DNA of 64,000 nucleotides. Origin: Thermoplasmata archaeon (GTDB lineage: Archaea; Thermoplasmatota; Thermoplasmata; Thermoplasmatales; GCA-001856825). The stretch is taken from NCBI GenBank assembly GCA_021792255.1, contig JAJYUZ010000004.1, positions 68,692 through 132,691 of the forward strand. Reading direction: 5' to 3'. The notes under the pieces are model-generated. The model had not been told where the DNA came from. It was given only the letters and a program-made list of their open reading frames with translations, and searched no databases. How positions within the stretch are numbered: the first letter of the stretch is position 1; the number at the start of each line of letters is the position of its first letter. This document shows positions 30,463 to 39,532 of this stretch, piece by piece. Both the position numbers and the translations under genes were made by a program.

Positions 30463-30735
30463 TTGGCAGACAGAGTACTAGCATTCGTGGACCTATTCGT
30501 AGATTCTCAGATCATGGACGAGGTGGTTTCATCATTAAAGGAAATAAAAAACGCAGTCCAGATATACGAAGTGACCGGTGAATTTGATATTATAGTTCTG
30601 GTGAACGTTTCTAGCATAGAAGAATTCAGGGATATGCTCAAGAACAGAATAATGAAGATAAATGGTATAAAGAGTACGGTCACATCAATAGTACTTAAGT
30701 CTCACAGGAACCATACTCTTGAAGTCCCTGAGTAA
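30463..30735 (+). CDS. Stand-alone Lrp/AsnC ligand-binding (RAM) domain protein
   Basis: 90 aa with a TTG start. AFVDLFVDS...IYEVTGEFDIIVLVNVSSIEEFRDMLKNRIMKINGIKSTVTSIVLK matches the AsnC_trans_reg fold. No HTH domain. Confidence 0.65.
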   Translation: MADRVLAFVDLFVDSQIMDEVVSSLKEIKNAVQIYEVTGEFDIIVLVNVSSIEEFRDMLKNRIMKINGIKSTVTSIVLKSHRNHTLEVPE

Positions 30736-30835
30736 TCTTATATTGTAAACTTTTAAAGGAGGAATGCGTTAAGATTGTTATGGCTGTCTCTGCACAAGAG
30801 AGAGCACTAGGGAGGTTCAGCCGATAGGTGAAACC

Positions 30836-32512
30836 ATGCTCACTCTGGAAGACCTGTTCGTAGTCGTACTTGTATGGGGAATAGTCATAATCTGTGCATG
30901 GTTCCTATCAAAGTACCTGTTCTTCGTGTTTATGGGTGCTAGGAATAGGCTAGACCGGCTCTTTCTTCCCATCGAGAATCTTATTTACTGGCTTGGCGGA
31001 GTGGATAGTTCCAGGAAGATGGGCTGGAAGGAGTACTTTAAGGCTTTGTTCTATCTGAACGCGGCACAAGCAATCATTGCATTCTTCATACTGATGTTTC
31101 AGCAAAGTCTACCTCTGAATCCGATGCACTATCCTGGCATGTCGTGGTCCCTGGCCCTGAACACTGTTCTTTCATTTTCTTCCAACACAAATCTGCAGCA
31201 CTACAATGGCGAGACGACTCTTTCTTACCTTAGCCAGATGTCCGCCATCCAGTTCCTTCAATTCACATCGGCTGCGACGGGACTTGCAGCGGGGGTCGCG
31301 GTAATAAGAGGTTTCGCAGGTAAGGCTAAGACCATCGGCAATTTCTATTACGATTACGTCAGATCGCTGACCAGAGTTTTGCTGCCTCTAGCCTTCATTG
31401 CAGCGATCGTCCTCATCGCACTGGGAGTTCCACAGTCGATCGGTGGTTATTCTTCCGTTCCAACTCTACAAAGGGGTGCCTACGAAATTCTCTACAATGG
31501 ACCAATAGCATCCTTGGTTTCAATAATGCAACTTGGAACGAACGGTGGAGGTTACTTTGGAGCCAACTCTGCCTATCCTCTACAGAATCCCACTCAGCTA
31601 AGCAACCTGTTTGAGATTGGTCTGATGATGTTCATTCCCACCGCTATTCTGTTCTTGTTCGGACGGACGGTCGGGGACAATCGGGAGGGAAGAACTCTCT
31701 TTCTTTCTGCCTATGCAATCTATGGCATAGATCTCGTCATCGCGTTCCTATCTACGACAAACATCGCACAGGGAATAGAAGTGAGATTCGGAGGAGTGAC
31801 TTCTGCTTTCTGGACCGTTACCACGACCGCTTTCACTACTGGTTCACTAAATGCATCGCTTGGCGCATTCAACCCGATCGTGATTCTTACTGCATTTTTT
31901 GGCATGCTGATACAGGGTGCTCCCGGAGGAATTGGAATAGGGGCGATGTACCTCATCATGTACGTGATAGTCACGATCTTCCTGGTTGGACTTATGGCGG
32001 GAAGGACGCCAGAATATCTAGGCATCAAGATCGAAGGAAGAGACGTAAAACTAGCAATAGCCGCGTTCCTCACTCACCCAATAATCATATTGATACCAAC
32101 CGTGTTGGCATTTGCGATTGGTGCTGAAAAAGCGGTGGGGGTCACTTCAAATTCAACCGGATTTACCACCATATTTTATGAATTCACTTCTGCGGCAGCG
32201 AACAACGGGTCAGATTTCTTGGGCGCTGCAGGGAACACGGTTTTTTTCAATGTAGCGACTGGGATAGTCATGTGGTTGGGGAGATATTTACCGATTCTCT
32301 TCTTGTTGGCAATAGCTGACAGCGTGGCGGTCAGGAAGAGAAGTCCTAGTCAGGGACTCAAGACGGGGAATATTAGCTTCGTTGTGATATTAGTAGTCAG
32401 TATTTTCATCCTGACGGTCCTGACTTTCTTTCCATTCTTGGTCCTAGGTCCCGTTCTGCAGTTCCTTCAGGGATTCAACACGAGCGTGGGGGGTGTGATC
32501 TTTGGGTTCTAA
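30836..32512 (+). CDS. kdpA: Potassium-transporting ATPase subunit A
   Basis: 558-aa polytopic membrane protein with NTNLQHYNGE and GTNGGGYFGANSA selectivity-filter-like motifs typical of KdpA. Confidence 0.9.
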   Translation: MLTLEDLFVVVLVWGIVIICAWFLSKYLFFVFMGARNRLDRLFLPIENLIYWLGGVDSSRKMGWKEYFKALFYLNAAQAIIAFFILMFQQSLPLNPMHYPGMSWSLALNTVLSFSSNTNLQHYNGETTLSYLSQMSAIQFLQFTSAATGLAAGVAVIRGFAGKAKTIGNFYYDYVRSLTRVLLPLAFIAAIVLIALGVPQSIGGYSSVPTLQRGAYEILYNGPIASLVSIMQLGTNGGGYFGANSAYPLQNPTQLSNLFEIGLMMFIPTAILFLFGRTVGDNREGRTLFLSAYAIYGIDLVIAFLSTTNIAQGIEVRFGGVTSAFWTVTTTAFTTGSLNASLGAFNPIVILTAFFGMLIQGAPGGIGIGAMYLIMYVIVTIFLVGLMAGRTPEYLGIKIEGRDVKLAIAAFLTHPIIILIPTVLAFAIGAEKAVGVTSNSTGFTTIFYEFTSAAANNGSDFLGAAGNTVFFNVATGIVMWLGRYLPILFLLAIADSVAVRKRSPSQGLKTGNISFVVILVVSIFILTVLTFFPFLVLGPVLQFLQGFNTSVGGVIFGF

Positions 32513-34628
32513 TACTTCGGATACTGAAGAGAACAGACTAAACTGGCCGTCAATTATCTTGGACTCAATAAAGAGGCTCAATCCATGGCTCCTCAAGGAC
32601 AACCTCGTGATGTTCGTCACCGAGCTTACCTTCTTCATAGTCTTTATCATGGCCGTTGATCCCACCCTAATCCCTAAGGTCTCTTCGGCATCAGAAAATG
32701 GATTCTACGCTATTGTTGCACTGATACTCATAATAACCGTTTGGTTCAGCACCCTTTCAGATTCGATCGCTGAAGCGCAGATACGCAATACTGCATCAAG
32801 TCTAAGGAAAATGAAGGAGCAAATGACCGCAAAACGATTGAAATCCTCGAACAGGAATAATTTTGAAGTGGTGCCTTCGGACCAGCTCCGGAGGGGAGAC
32901 TTGGTTCTAATTGACCACGGAGAAAAGGTCCCGATAGACTCCGAGGTCATCGAGGGAATAGCAATGGTGGACGAGTCCCTGCTGACTGGTGAGTCTGCTA
33001 ACGTAAGAAAATCGGTTGGTACAACTCTCCTTGGTGGCTCTGTCGTCACGACGGACTCACTGGTGGCAAGGGTTTCTTCAAATCCCGATGAGACGTACGT
33101 GAGCAAACTTATAAATCTAGTGGAGTCGTCTTCAAGACCAAAGACGCCCAATGAAATTGCGTTATCCGTCCTTATAGCCGGATTTACAGCTATCTTTTCG
33201 ATCATAATAATTGCCCTGCTCTTCCTCGGCATTACTCTTGATCTCGGGATAGATCTTGCTGTCCTCATTGCGTTGTACGTGTGTCTACTTCCGACCACGA
33301 TAGGTGCACTTCTCCCTGCAATTGGTATTTCTGGAATAAACAGAATGTCCGTCAAGAGGATAATCGCAAAATCCGGAAAAGCCATAGAAGCTTCCGGTGA
33401 CACCGATGCTCTTCTTTTGGACAAGACGGGAACGATCACAAAGGGAATGAGGAAAGCGGTTCGATTTATTCCTTCTGGCAAGCACACCGAGAGGGAGGTC
33501 GGCGAAGCCGCCCTTCTTTCGTCGTGGGATGATGATACTCCAGAGGGAAAGAGCATAGTGGAACTCTCGTACAACCTTGGATTCATTCCTCATTCGTTCA
33601 GCACTCTCGATAGGTCAGAGTTTGAAGAATTCAGTGCTGCTACCAGGAGGAGCAGCATAAAGATGAGTGACACACGCGAGTTCTTGCTGCCAAAGGGAGG
33701 AAGGGGAATTCTCCAGAGAAAGAGACTTCGGAGAAAATTTGAACCGGGACTTCAACAGCCGGATCTTGAAATAGTCAAGGGCGCCCCCGACGCAATCATC
33801 GAATACGTCAAGAATAAACCACCCGACTTTGATTCAATCTTGACAAAAATCTCTGAGGATGGAGCAACCATAATGGGGGTTGCTGAAGCGGGGGATGTCC
33901 TGGGTTTCATAAAACTGAAGGATGAAGTCAAGCCGGGTGTGAAAGAGAAGATCAGAGCACTAAGGGATATGGATATTGAAGTCGTCATGGTGACAGGAGA
34001 TCAGCCTCAGACAGCTGGTATTATTTCAAAAGACGTGGGGATAGACGACTTTATCGCTAAAGCGAGGCCAGAGACAAAGTATGAACTCGTCAAGGAAGAG
34101 CAAAAAGCAGGCAAGATCGTATCGATGATTGGCGATGGCACAAACGATGCCCCAGCACTCTCGGTTGCAGACGTAGGGCTGGCAATGGCATCCGGTACGG
34201 AACCCGCTAAAGAAGCTGCAAACATGGTAGACCTGGAATCAAATCCATCCAAGATCATAGACGTCGTCATGTTGGGTAAGCAAATCCTGATGACTAGGGG
34301 AACCGTCACGACGTTCAGCATTGCAAACGATATCGCGAAATATTTTGTGATCGTACCGATCATGTTTGGTGCGCTCCCGGAACTTGGTGCGCTTAATCTG
34401 ATGCATCTCTCTCCTCACGTTGCTGTGCTTTCAGCGCTCGTGTACAACGCAATAATAATTCCGGCCCTGATCCCGCTCGCCCTAAGGGGAACCGTATTTA
34501 AGCCATCCAGTACGATGAAGATATTCCTAAAGAACGTAATGATATATGGCCTTGGAGGCATCATTCTTCCATTCATAGCTATCAAGTTCTTTGCAATCCT
34601 AATCACGGTTCTTGGGGGGGTAGCATGA
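32502..34628 (+). CDS. kdpB: Potassium-transporting ATPase subunit B (P-type ATPase)
   Basis: 708 aa with DKTGTITKG phosphorylation motif, MVTGDQP, and GDGTNDAPAL. Overlaps kdpA by 11 nt. Confidence 0.95.
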   Translation: MGSNTSDTEENRLNWPSIILDSIKRLNPWLLKDNLVMFVTELTFFIVFIMAVDPTLIPKVSSASENGFYAIVALILIITVWFSTLSDSIAEAQIRNTASSLRKMKEQMTAKRLKSSNRNNFEVVPSDQLRRGDLVLIDHGEKVPIDSEVIEGIAMVDESLLTGESANVRKSVGTTLLGGSVVTTDSLVARVSSNPDETYVSKLINLVESSSRPKTPNEIALSVLIAGFTAIFSIIIIALLFLGITLDLGIDLAVLIALYVCLLPTTIGALLPAIGISGINRMSVKRIIAKSGKAIEASGDTDALLLDKTGTITKGMRKAVRFIPSGKHTEREVGEAALLSSWDDDTPEGKSIVELSYNLGFIPHSFSTLDRSEFEEFSAATRRSSIKMSDTREFLLPKGGRGILQRKRLRRKFEPGLQQPDLEIVKGAPDAIIEYVKNKPPDFDSILTKISEDGATIMGVAEAGDVLGFIKLKDEVKPGVKEKIRALRDMDIEVVMVTGDQPQTAGIISKDVGIDDFIAKARPETKYELVKEEQKAGKIVSMIGDGTNDAPALSVADVGLAMASGTEPAKEAANMVDLESNPSKIIDVVMLGKQILMTRGTVTTFSIANDIAKYFVIVPIMFGALPELGALNLMHLSPHVAVLSALVYNAIIIPALIPLALRGTVFKPSSTMKIFLKNVMIYGLGGIILPFIAIKFFAILITVLGGVA

Positions 34629-35068
34629 CGAGACTGAAGAGCGTTTCAGGAGCGGTCAGAATGACTGTCATTTCGCTCATTATCTGCGGAATGATATTTC
34701 CGCTGGTCATGACAGGAATAGGACAGGTGGCTATGCCCTGGCAATCTAATGGTTCTCAAGTCTATTTTGATGGAAAGTCAATCGGTTCGGAACTGATCTC
34801 GCAGAATTTCAGCGAACCGGTATTTTTCCACCCACGGAACGACTCGGCTTCCGGAGTGGATCCAGACATAACTATGGCAGATGCTATGAGTCAGGTGCCG
34901 AGAATCCACAACGCTACTGGCATACCCGAAGCCTTCTTGAACGCCACCCTAATAAAGTACACGCAACGCACACTATTCTTCTTCGGTACTCCTTACATCA
35001 ACGTGCTGGATGTCAATCTGTACCTGGTAGAAGAGTTTCCTGCAGTCTACAGCCAATATATCCAGTGA
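34625..35068 (+). CDS. kdpC: Potassium-transporting ATPase subunit C
   Basis: 147 aa. N-terminal TM helix VISLIICGMIFPLVMTGIGQV, then SASGVDPDIT, typical of KdpC. ATGA overlap with kdpB. Confidence 0.8.
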   Translation: MTRLKSVSGAVRMTVISLIICGMIFPLVMTGIGQVAMPWQSNGSQVYFDGKSIGSELISQNFSEPVFFHPRNDSASGVDPDITMADAMSQVPRIHNATGIPEAFLNATLIKYTQRTLFFFGTPYINVLDVNLYLVEEFPAVYSQYIQ

Positions 35069-35115
35069 TGCTTTCAGTCGAATGCTCTTCTTGAAATGTG
35101 TACTGAAAAGGAATC

Positions 35116-35125
35116 TTTTTTTTTT
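35116..35125 (+). terminator. Oligo-T tract (T10) downstream of kdpC
   Basis: A run of 10 T lies 48 nt after the kdpC stop. Archaeal transcription terminates at oligo-T. Confidence 0.45.
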
Positions 35126-35171
35126 AAAGCACGAAGAGATATTTTCACGTTAGAATTTTCACAAATTAGAA

Positions 35172-35594
35172 ATGATGTTATACCGGTTCCTAATGGTAGC
35201 GAGAAGAATGGATTTTAAAGTTGGGCAGAAATCTACCTACAGCAGGACATTTACCGAAGAGGATGTGAAACTATTCGGAGAGCTTTCCGGAGACAAGGGG
35301 ATACACCACATGAAACCGGATAGATTGGGAAGAATAATGGTACAGGGTCTCTTGACGGCCACAATCCCCACGAAAATGGGCGGTGACATGAACTACATCG
35401 CAAGGGATATGTTGGTGCATTTCGTCAAACCCGTGTATGTGGGCGATAAGGTGAAATGCGATGCGGAGCTCGTGAAGGTCGAAGAAGATACCGGATTCTT
35501 GAGATTGAAGATCACGATGAATTGCTTCAATGATACGGGTGTTGAAGTTCTGACAGGAGAGACCAACGGCGTAATAAAGAAGGCAATGATTTAA
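35172..35594 (+). CDS. MaoC-like (R)-specific enoyl-CoA hydratase, hot-dog fold
   Basis: FTEEDVKLFGELSGDKGIHH (compare the MaoC motif ..F..lSGD.NPiH). About 130-140 aa. ATG at 35208 is an alternative start. Confidence 0.7.
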   Translation: MMLYRFLMVARRMDFKVGQKSTYSRTFTEEDVKLFGELSGDKGIHHMKPDRLGRIMVQGLLTATIPTKMGGDMNYIARDMLVHFVKPVYVGDKVKCDAELVKVEEDTGFLRLKITMNCFNDTGVEVLTGETNGVIKKAMI

Positions 35595-35616
35595 TCCAGT
35601 CATAGCTTCAGATACC

Positions 35617-37623
35617 ATGGACACTGAGGAGATCAGGAAGAGAATCGACAGAATTGGTGAAGACGAGAAACCCGAGAGCCTGAAATTCTCCGTCAAGTAT
35701 ATGGACTCATCCGTTGATCCCAACTCTAATTTTTACAAGTTCTGCAATGGAAAGTGGATCGATACGCATCCCATACCTGACGACAAGATTCAGTGGAGTG
35801 CTTTTATGGAACTCTCTGAAAGAAATAGATATGTACTGGGAAAGATCGTTGAAGATTGCGCATTCTACGATAATCCAGATGATCCAATTAAGGCTCAGGT
35901 TGGAGCATTTTATCTCTCTGCCATGGACACGCTGACAATCGAACGACTGAAGTTTGAACCAATCAGAGAATTCGTCGAGCTCATTGAAAAGATAAAGGAT
36001 AGTGGAGAGATAATTCTAACGATATCCAAACTACATGGAAAGGGAATTTCCGCAATGTTCTCCTATTCCTCAGATTCTGACGAAAAGGACAGCTCCACAT
36101 ATGCCTACTACCTGAAACAGGGTGGTCTGTCTTTGCCCAACAGGGATTACTATTTTCTCGAACCGTTCGAAGATATCAGGAAAGATTTCAAAAGGCACGT
36201 AGCTAACATCTTCGTCCTTTATGGCTATTCGGAGGAAGATGCGAAAAAGTCCTCAGACATTGTCTTTGACACTGAAGTGGCACTGGCGAAAGCTAGCAGG
36301 ACTCCTGTAGAACTCAGGGATCCGGAGAAGAACTATAATAGATTTGAGTTACGTGAACTGGAGCAAAGTTTTCCAAACGTTAATATCAAGAGATACCTAT
36401 CAGAGGTACAACTGCCGCCAGTGAAGCATGTGGTGGTAAGACAACCTGAGTTTTTCGAAAACCTTGAGAAAATGCTTGACCAAATACCGCTTTCATCGTG
36501 GAAGGTGTATCTCATCTGGAAGATTCTGAATTTCGCATCGCCCTATCTTCACGAGGAAGTGGCAAACGAGCACTTTTACTTCTTTGAAAGAAAACTCTTC
36601 GGTCGCAAGAAGCAAGAAAAAAGATGGAAACGAGTTGTGAATTTGATCGATGGTGAAATCGGTGAGGCACTCGGGAAGTTGTACGTCGATCAGGAGTTCG
36701 GAGAGGAATCCAAGAGAAGGATGGAAGTGTTAATCAACGACCTCAAGAACGTTTTTGCAGATAAGCTGGACAAGTCGGATTGGATGTCAGATAAAACCAA
36801 AAAAATGGCACTGGAGAAGTTTAGCAAGTTCCGTTCAAAGATCGGATACCCTACCAAGTTCATAGACTACTCTTCAATCAGGATTTCGCCAGACGATCTC
36901 TTTGGAAACATTTTGAGATCGGAAGAATTTGAGTTTGAAAGGGAAATAAGGCGGATCAATTCACCGGTAGACAAGGAACTATGGCAGATGACGCCTCCAA
37001 CAGTCAACGCATATTTTTCACCGACAGAGAACGAGATCGTGTTCCCGGCCGGGATACTCCAGCCACCATTCTTTGACCCGAACATGGATGACGCAGTAAA
37101 CTATGGTGCCACCGGAGGGGTAATAGCACACGAGATCACTCACGGATTCGACGACGAGGGAAGAAAATACGATCTCAACGGAAACCTAAATGACTGGTGG
37201 TCACCTGAAGACATCAAAGAATTCAGTGAGAGGGCAAAATCAGTAGCGAACCTCTACGGATCGCTTGAGGCACTCCCAGGGTTGCACGTCAACGGCGAGT
37301 TGACGCTCGGAGAAAACATCGCGGATCTCGGTGGAGTCAGCATAGCATTCGAAGCGCTGGAAAAAAGGCTCAATAGAGACCCGTCTCTCAGAAAAAACAT
37401 AGATGGCTTAACTCCAGAGCAAAGATTTTACATCGCGTGGTCACAGAGCTGGAGGGCTAACGTGAGAGAAGAAGCAATAAAGTGGCAGGTATCTAACGAT
37501 CCGCATTCTCCTGATAATCTCAGAGGAGAGGTACCGGCAAGAGTTCACTACGCTTTTGCCAGTCATTTCAAAGGTCCAGATGGAACCAAGAAGAAACAGG
37601 ACACCATAATTTCAATCTGGTGA
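35617..37623 (+). CDS. M13-family zinc metallopeptidase (PepO / neprilysin-like)
   Basis: 668 aa with NAYFSP, zincin motif VIAHEITHGFD, downstream GENIADLGG (third zinc-ligand Glu), and C-terminal W. No N-terminal signal peptide or TM helix. Confidence 0.85.
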   Translation: MDTEEIRKRIDRIGEDEKPESLKFSVKYMDSSVDPNSNFYKFCNGKWIDTHPIPDDKIQWSAFMELSERNRYVLGKIVEDCAFYDNPDDPIKAQVGAFYLSAMDTLTIERLKFEPIREFVELIEKIKDSGEIILTISKLHGKGISAMFSYSSDSDEKDSSTYAYYLKQGGLSLPNRDYYFLEPFEDIRKDFKRHVANIFVLYGYSEEDAKKSSDIVFDTEVALAKASRTPVELRDPEKNYNRFELRELEQSFPNVNIKRYLSEVQLPPVKHVVVRQPEFFENLEKMLDQIPLSSWKVYLIWKILNFASPYLHEEVANEHFYFFERKLFGRKKQEKRWKRVVNLIDGEIGEALGKLYVDQEFGEESKRRMEVLINDLKNVFADKLDKSDWMSDKTKKMALEKFSKFRSKIGYPTKFIDYSSIRISPDDLFGNILRSEEFEFEREIRRINSPVDKELWQMTPPTVNAYFSPTENEIVFPAGILQPPFFDPNMDDAVNYGATGGVIAHEITHGFDDEGRKYDLNGNLNDWWSPEDIKEFSERAKSVANLYGSLEALPGLHVNGELTLGENIADLGGVSIAFEALEKRLNRDPSLRKNIDGLTPEQRFYIAWSQSWRANVREEAIKWQVSNDPHSPDNLRGEVPARVHYAFASHFKGPDGTKKKQDTIISIW

Positions 37624-38192
37624 TCCGAATATGAGAGGAAATTCTTGAGTGCTTGGGAATGCGAGCGGAGAGTTTGTGAAGGAAGCAACCAGGAAACTTC
37701 TGGACTCTGTCTGTTGATTCTGATTTAGGATATGAGGCAAGGGCATTCCTTATTTGGATATAGGACAAGAAGTAAATTCTATCCGTTATTACATCGGAAT
37801 CAACTCTGCTGGTAAAGCTTGTCTCTCACTGCAGCAATTGTATCTGGTATCACCTTGTTGAAATAGATGTCGTATTCATACGCCATGATTATTGGGCCAA
37901 CAAGCCACTTCAGACTGTGATGTCTTTCTTTTGAAGTAAGATCATCAGGTCTCATCTCACATAATGATTCGGAGTTCTAGTGAGGAAACAGAACTTCTCT
38001 CGTTTGTCCTGTCTTTCTTTAACAATACTTTGAATGTTTTACGGCCATGAATCGTGGAAAATCTACTTATAAAGATTGTATATATTTATCAGTAGGCTTT
38101 TGTGCTTGGAAATCAGGTGCCGAATTGAGCCCAGGATCTGAGACGGGCTTACGTCGTACCCGCCCGATGAGGTGTGCTGGTTACATTCCGAA

Positions 38193-38217
38193 ATCCCTAG
38201 GGATAGCGGGAAACCGC
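38193..38217 (+). promoter_or_regulatory. 12-bp perfect palindrome ATCCCTAGGGAT followed by a GCGG-GAAA-CCGC hairpin, just upstream of the beta-helix gene start
   Basis: Read directly: palindrome at 38193-38204 and GNRA-type hairpin at 38206-38217. The GTG start is at 38219. Both lie in a locally GC-rich leader downstream of TATA-like tataaag/tatatattta (38067-38089). Confidence 0.3.
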
Positions 38218-38218
38218 A

Positions 38219-39253
38219 GTGAATGCTATGGGAATGATGAATACCAGCAAAGTCATGATGATTGCAGTCGTGCTTGTCACCACCTCTTTTGTAATATTAT
38301 CCGTGCCGGTCTATGCGCAGGGGGGCACGAATGGGGGGAACTCAGATGCATATGTATGCGCCCATTATTTTTCCCCAGCTCAGGTGTACGACCTGAGCAC
38401 GTCTACCTGCACAATTTCTGGTCCAGTAGTGCTTTCTATCGATTCGCCAAGGACCGTTAATTTTCACACAAACATTGTTGTGACCAACGGGGGATCTCTT
38501 ACAATTCCACAAGGTGACTCCTTTTCAATATTAGGGAGCTTCACGATCGGCGGCAATGGACAGCTTCTCTCTGGGGGCAAGTTCGATAACATTGGCTCCA
38601 CTACAGTGCAATCAAGCGTGCAGGAAAGCACTGGATATGCTGTTAATTCCATTTTGAACGGAGATGGAGGAGTATTCATTAATCACGGTACTTTGTCTTT
38701 AAGTAATTCACACGACACTTTCGGTTTTGAGAATTACGGCAGATTTGTAAATCACGGTACAGTTACTATCGACAACACAGACACCCTTGCCTCCACCTAT
38801 GGTCTAAGTTTTGGTTTCGTCAATTATGCTGGAACCTTCACGAACTACGGAACGATAACAATCTCAAACACAGGGTTTACCGTTGGCCTGGTGAACGGGC
38901 ACAAAGCTCTCCTTAATAACTACGGCACAATCGATATAAGCTCTGGTCTTAATAGCCATGCTGGTCTCTGGAACCAAAACGTCTTCAACAATTATGGGAC
39001 TGTAACTATTACAGGCTGCGGAGGCTATGAGATCTATGAGAATGGGCCTGCTGGTGTAACCATAAACAACTACGGCACAATCATAATAAGCAATAAGGCG
39101 AGTTCATCGCAGATTGACACCGGCATCTATATCCATGCGGGAGATTTCTATAACTACGGATCAATCTACATCTGGGATGCTACCGCTGAAGCTTACGCAG
39201 GAACCATTACAGAAGTAAACGGAGGCAGTATATCCTATTCTTCTCCACCATAA
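38219..39253 (+). CDS. Secreted beta-helix-type repeat protein
   Basis: Signal peptide KVMMIAVVLVTTSFVILSVPVYAQG. Seven copies of the motif [FLI]xN[HY]G[TS][LVI]x[IL] (FINHGT, FVNHGT, FTNYGT, LNNYGT, FNNYGT, INNYGT, FYNYGS) occur at 23-30-aa spacing. No C-terminal anchor. Confidence 0.6.
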   Translation: MNAMGMMNTSKVMMIAVVLVTTSFVILSVPVYAQGGTNGGNSDAYVCAHYFSPAQVYDLSTSTCTISGPVVLSIDSPRTVNFHTNIVVTNGGSLTIPQGDSFSILGSFTIGGNGQLLSGGKFDNIGSTTVQSSVQESTGYAVNSILNGDGGVFINHGTLSLSNSHDTFGFENYGRFVNHGTVTIDNTDTLASTYGLSFGFVNYAGTFTNYGTITISNTGFTVGLVNGHKALLNNYGTIDISSGLNSHAGLWNQNVFNNYGTVTITGCGGYEIYENGPAGVTINNYGTIIISNKASSSQIDTGIYIHAGDFYNYGSIYIWDATAEAYAGTITEVNGGSISYSSPP

Positions 39254-39284
39254 GTGGAAAAGAAACGCTGTTACCTAATTTGCG

Positions 39285-39300
39285 ATGCGAGCGCCGGGAT
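39285..39300. repeat. Direct repeat ATGCGAGCGCCGGGAT (distal att copy)
   Basis: Identical 16-mer to 41447-41462. It corresponds to the last 15 nt of tRNA-Gly (3' T-stem, acceptor and discriminator) plus 1 nt. Confidence 0.75.
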
Positions 39301-39336
39301 ATACGCCTTTTTGTGTAAATCCCAGGAGGCTCTTGC

Positions 39337-39483
39337 ATGAAGGAAAAATTGCCCTATGCAAGGGTCGCAAGGGAATTAGGGATATCCAAGGATGCAGCTA
39401 AGAGACTTTACCAGGCTAACAAAGGGGAGTTCCCGTTCGACGAACCCCTAAATTCCGTTGAACTTTTGGGGGTGTGTGAGTGA
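39337..39483 (+). CDS. Small helix-turn-helix protein (element-encoded; excisionase/regulator-like)
   Basis: 48-aa ORF below the track cutoff: MKEKLPYARVARELGISKDAAKRLYQANKGEFPFDEPLNSVELLGVCE*. YARVARELGISKDAAKRLY is a classic HTH pattern. Confidence 0.45.
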   Translation: MKEKLPYARVARELGISKDAAKRLYQANKGEFPFDEPLNSVELLGVCE

Positions 39484-39532
39484 TGGGCGGATTCAATGAA
39501 GAAATTAATACCTGTATCGAAATCTCATCAAT

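Noticed and set aside
32705-33586. 293-aa minus-strand ORF (plus 33285..33593, 33752..33988 and 34007..34363) inside kdpB
   Set aside because: It is antisense to a P-type ATPase with unmistakable motifs (DKTGT, GDGTNDAPAL). The translations are Ser/Pro/Arg-rich shadow sequence with no motifs.
37800-37955. 51-aa minus-strand ORF MRPDDLTSKERHHSLKWLVGPIIMAYEYDIYFNKVIPDTIAAVRDKLYQQS
   Set aside because: The sequence looks protein-like and may be a gene fragment. I cannot assign a family, and it has no clear promoter or RBS. It is not reported as a feature.
38100-38218. Possible TPP (THI-box) riboswitch: GGTGCC...CTGAGA...ACCC...CTGGTTA...AGGGA
   Set aside because: Only the 5' half loosely matches. 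A 14-nt insert separates CUGAGA from ACCC. The conserved ACCUGAUCUGGAUAAUGCCAGCG pyrophosphate-sensor helix is not recognisable. The downstream gene is a surface protein, not thiamine-related. It needs cmscan (RF00059), and I do not call it.
38047-38460. 137-aa plus-strand ORF covering the leader and the 5' end of the beta-helix gene
   Set aside because: It is a Cys/Arg/Gly-rich translation of the GC-rich leader and overlaps the well-supported signal-peptide ORF in another frame. Its ATG also lies upstream of the likely TATA boxes.
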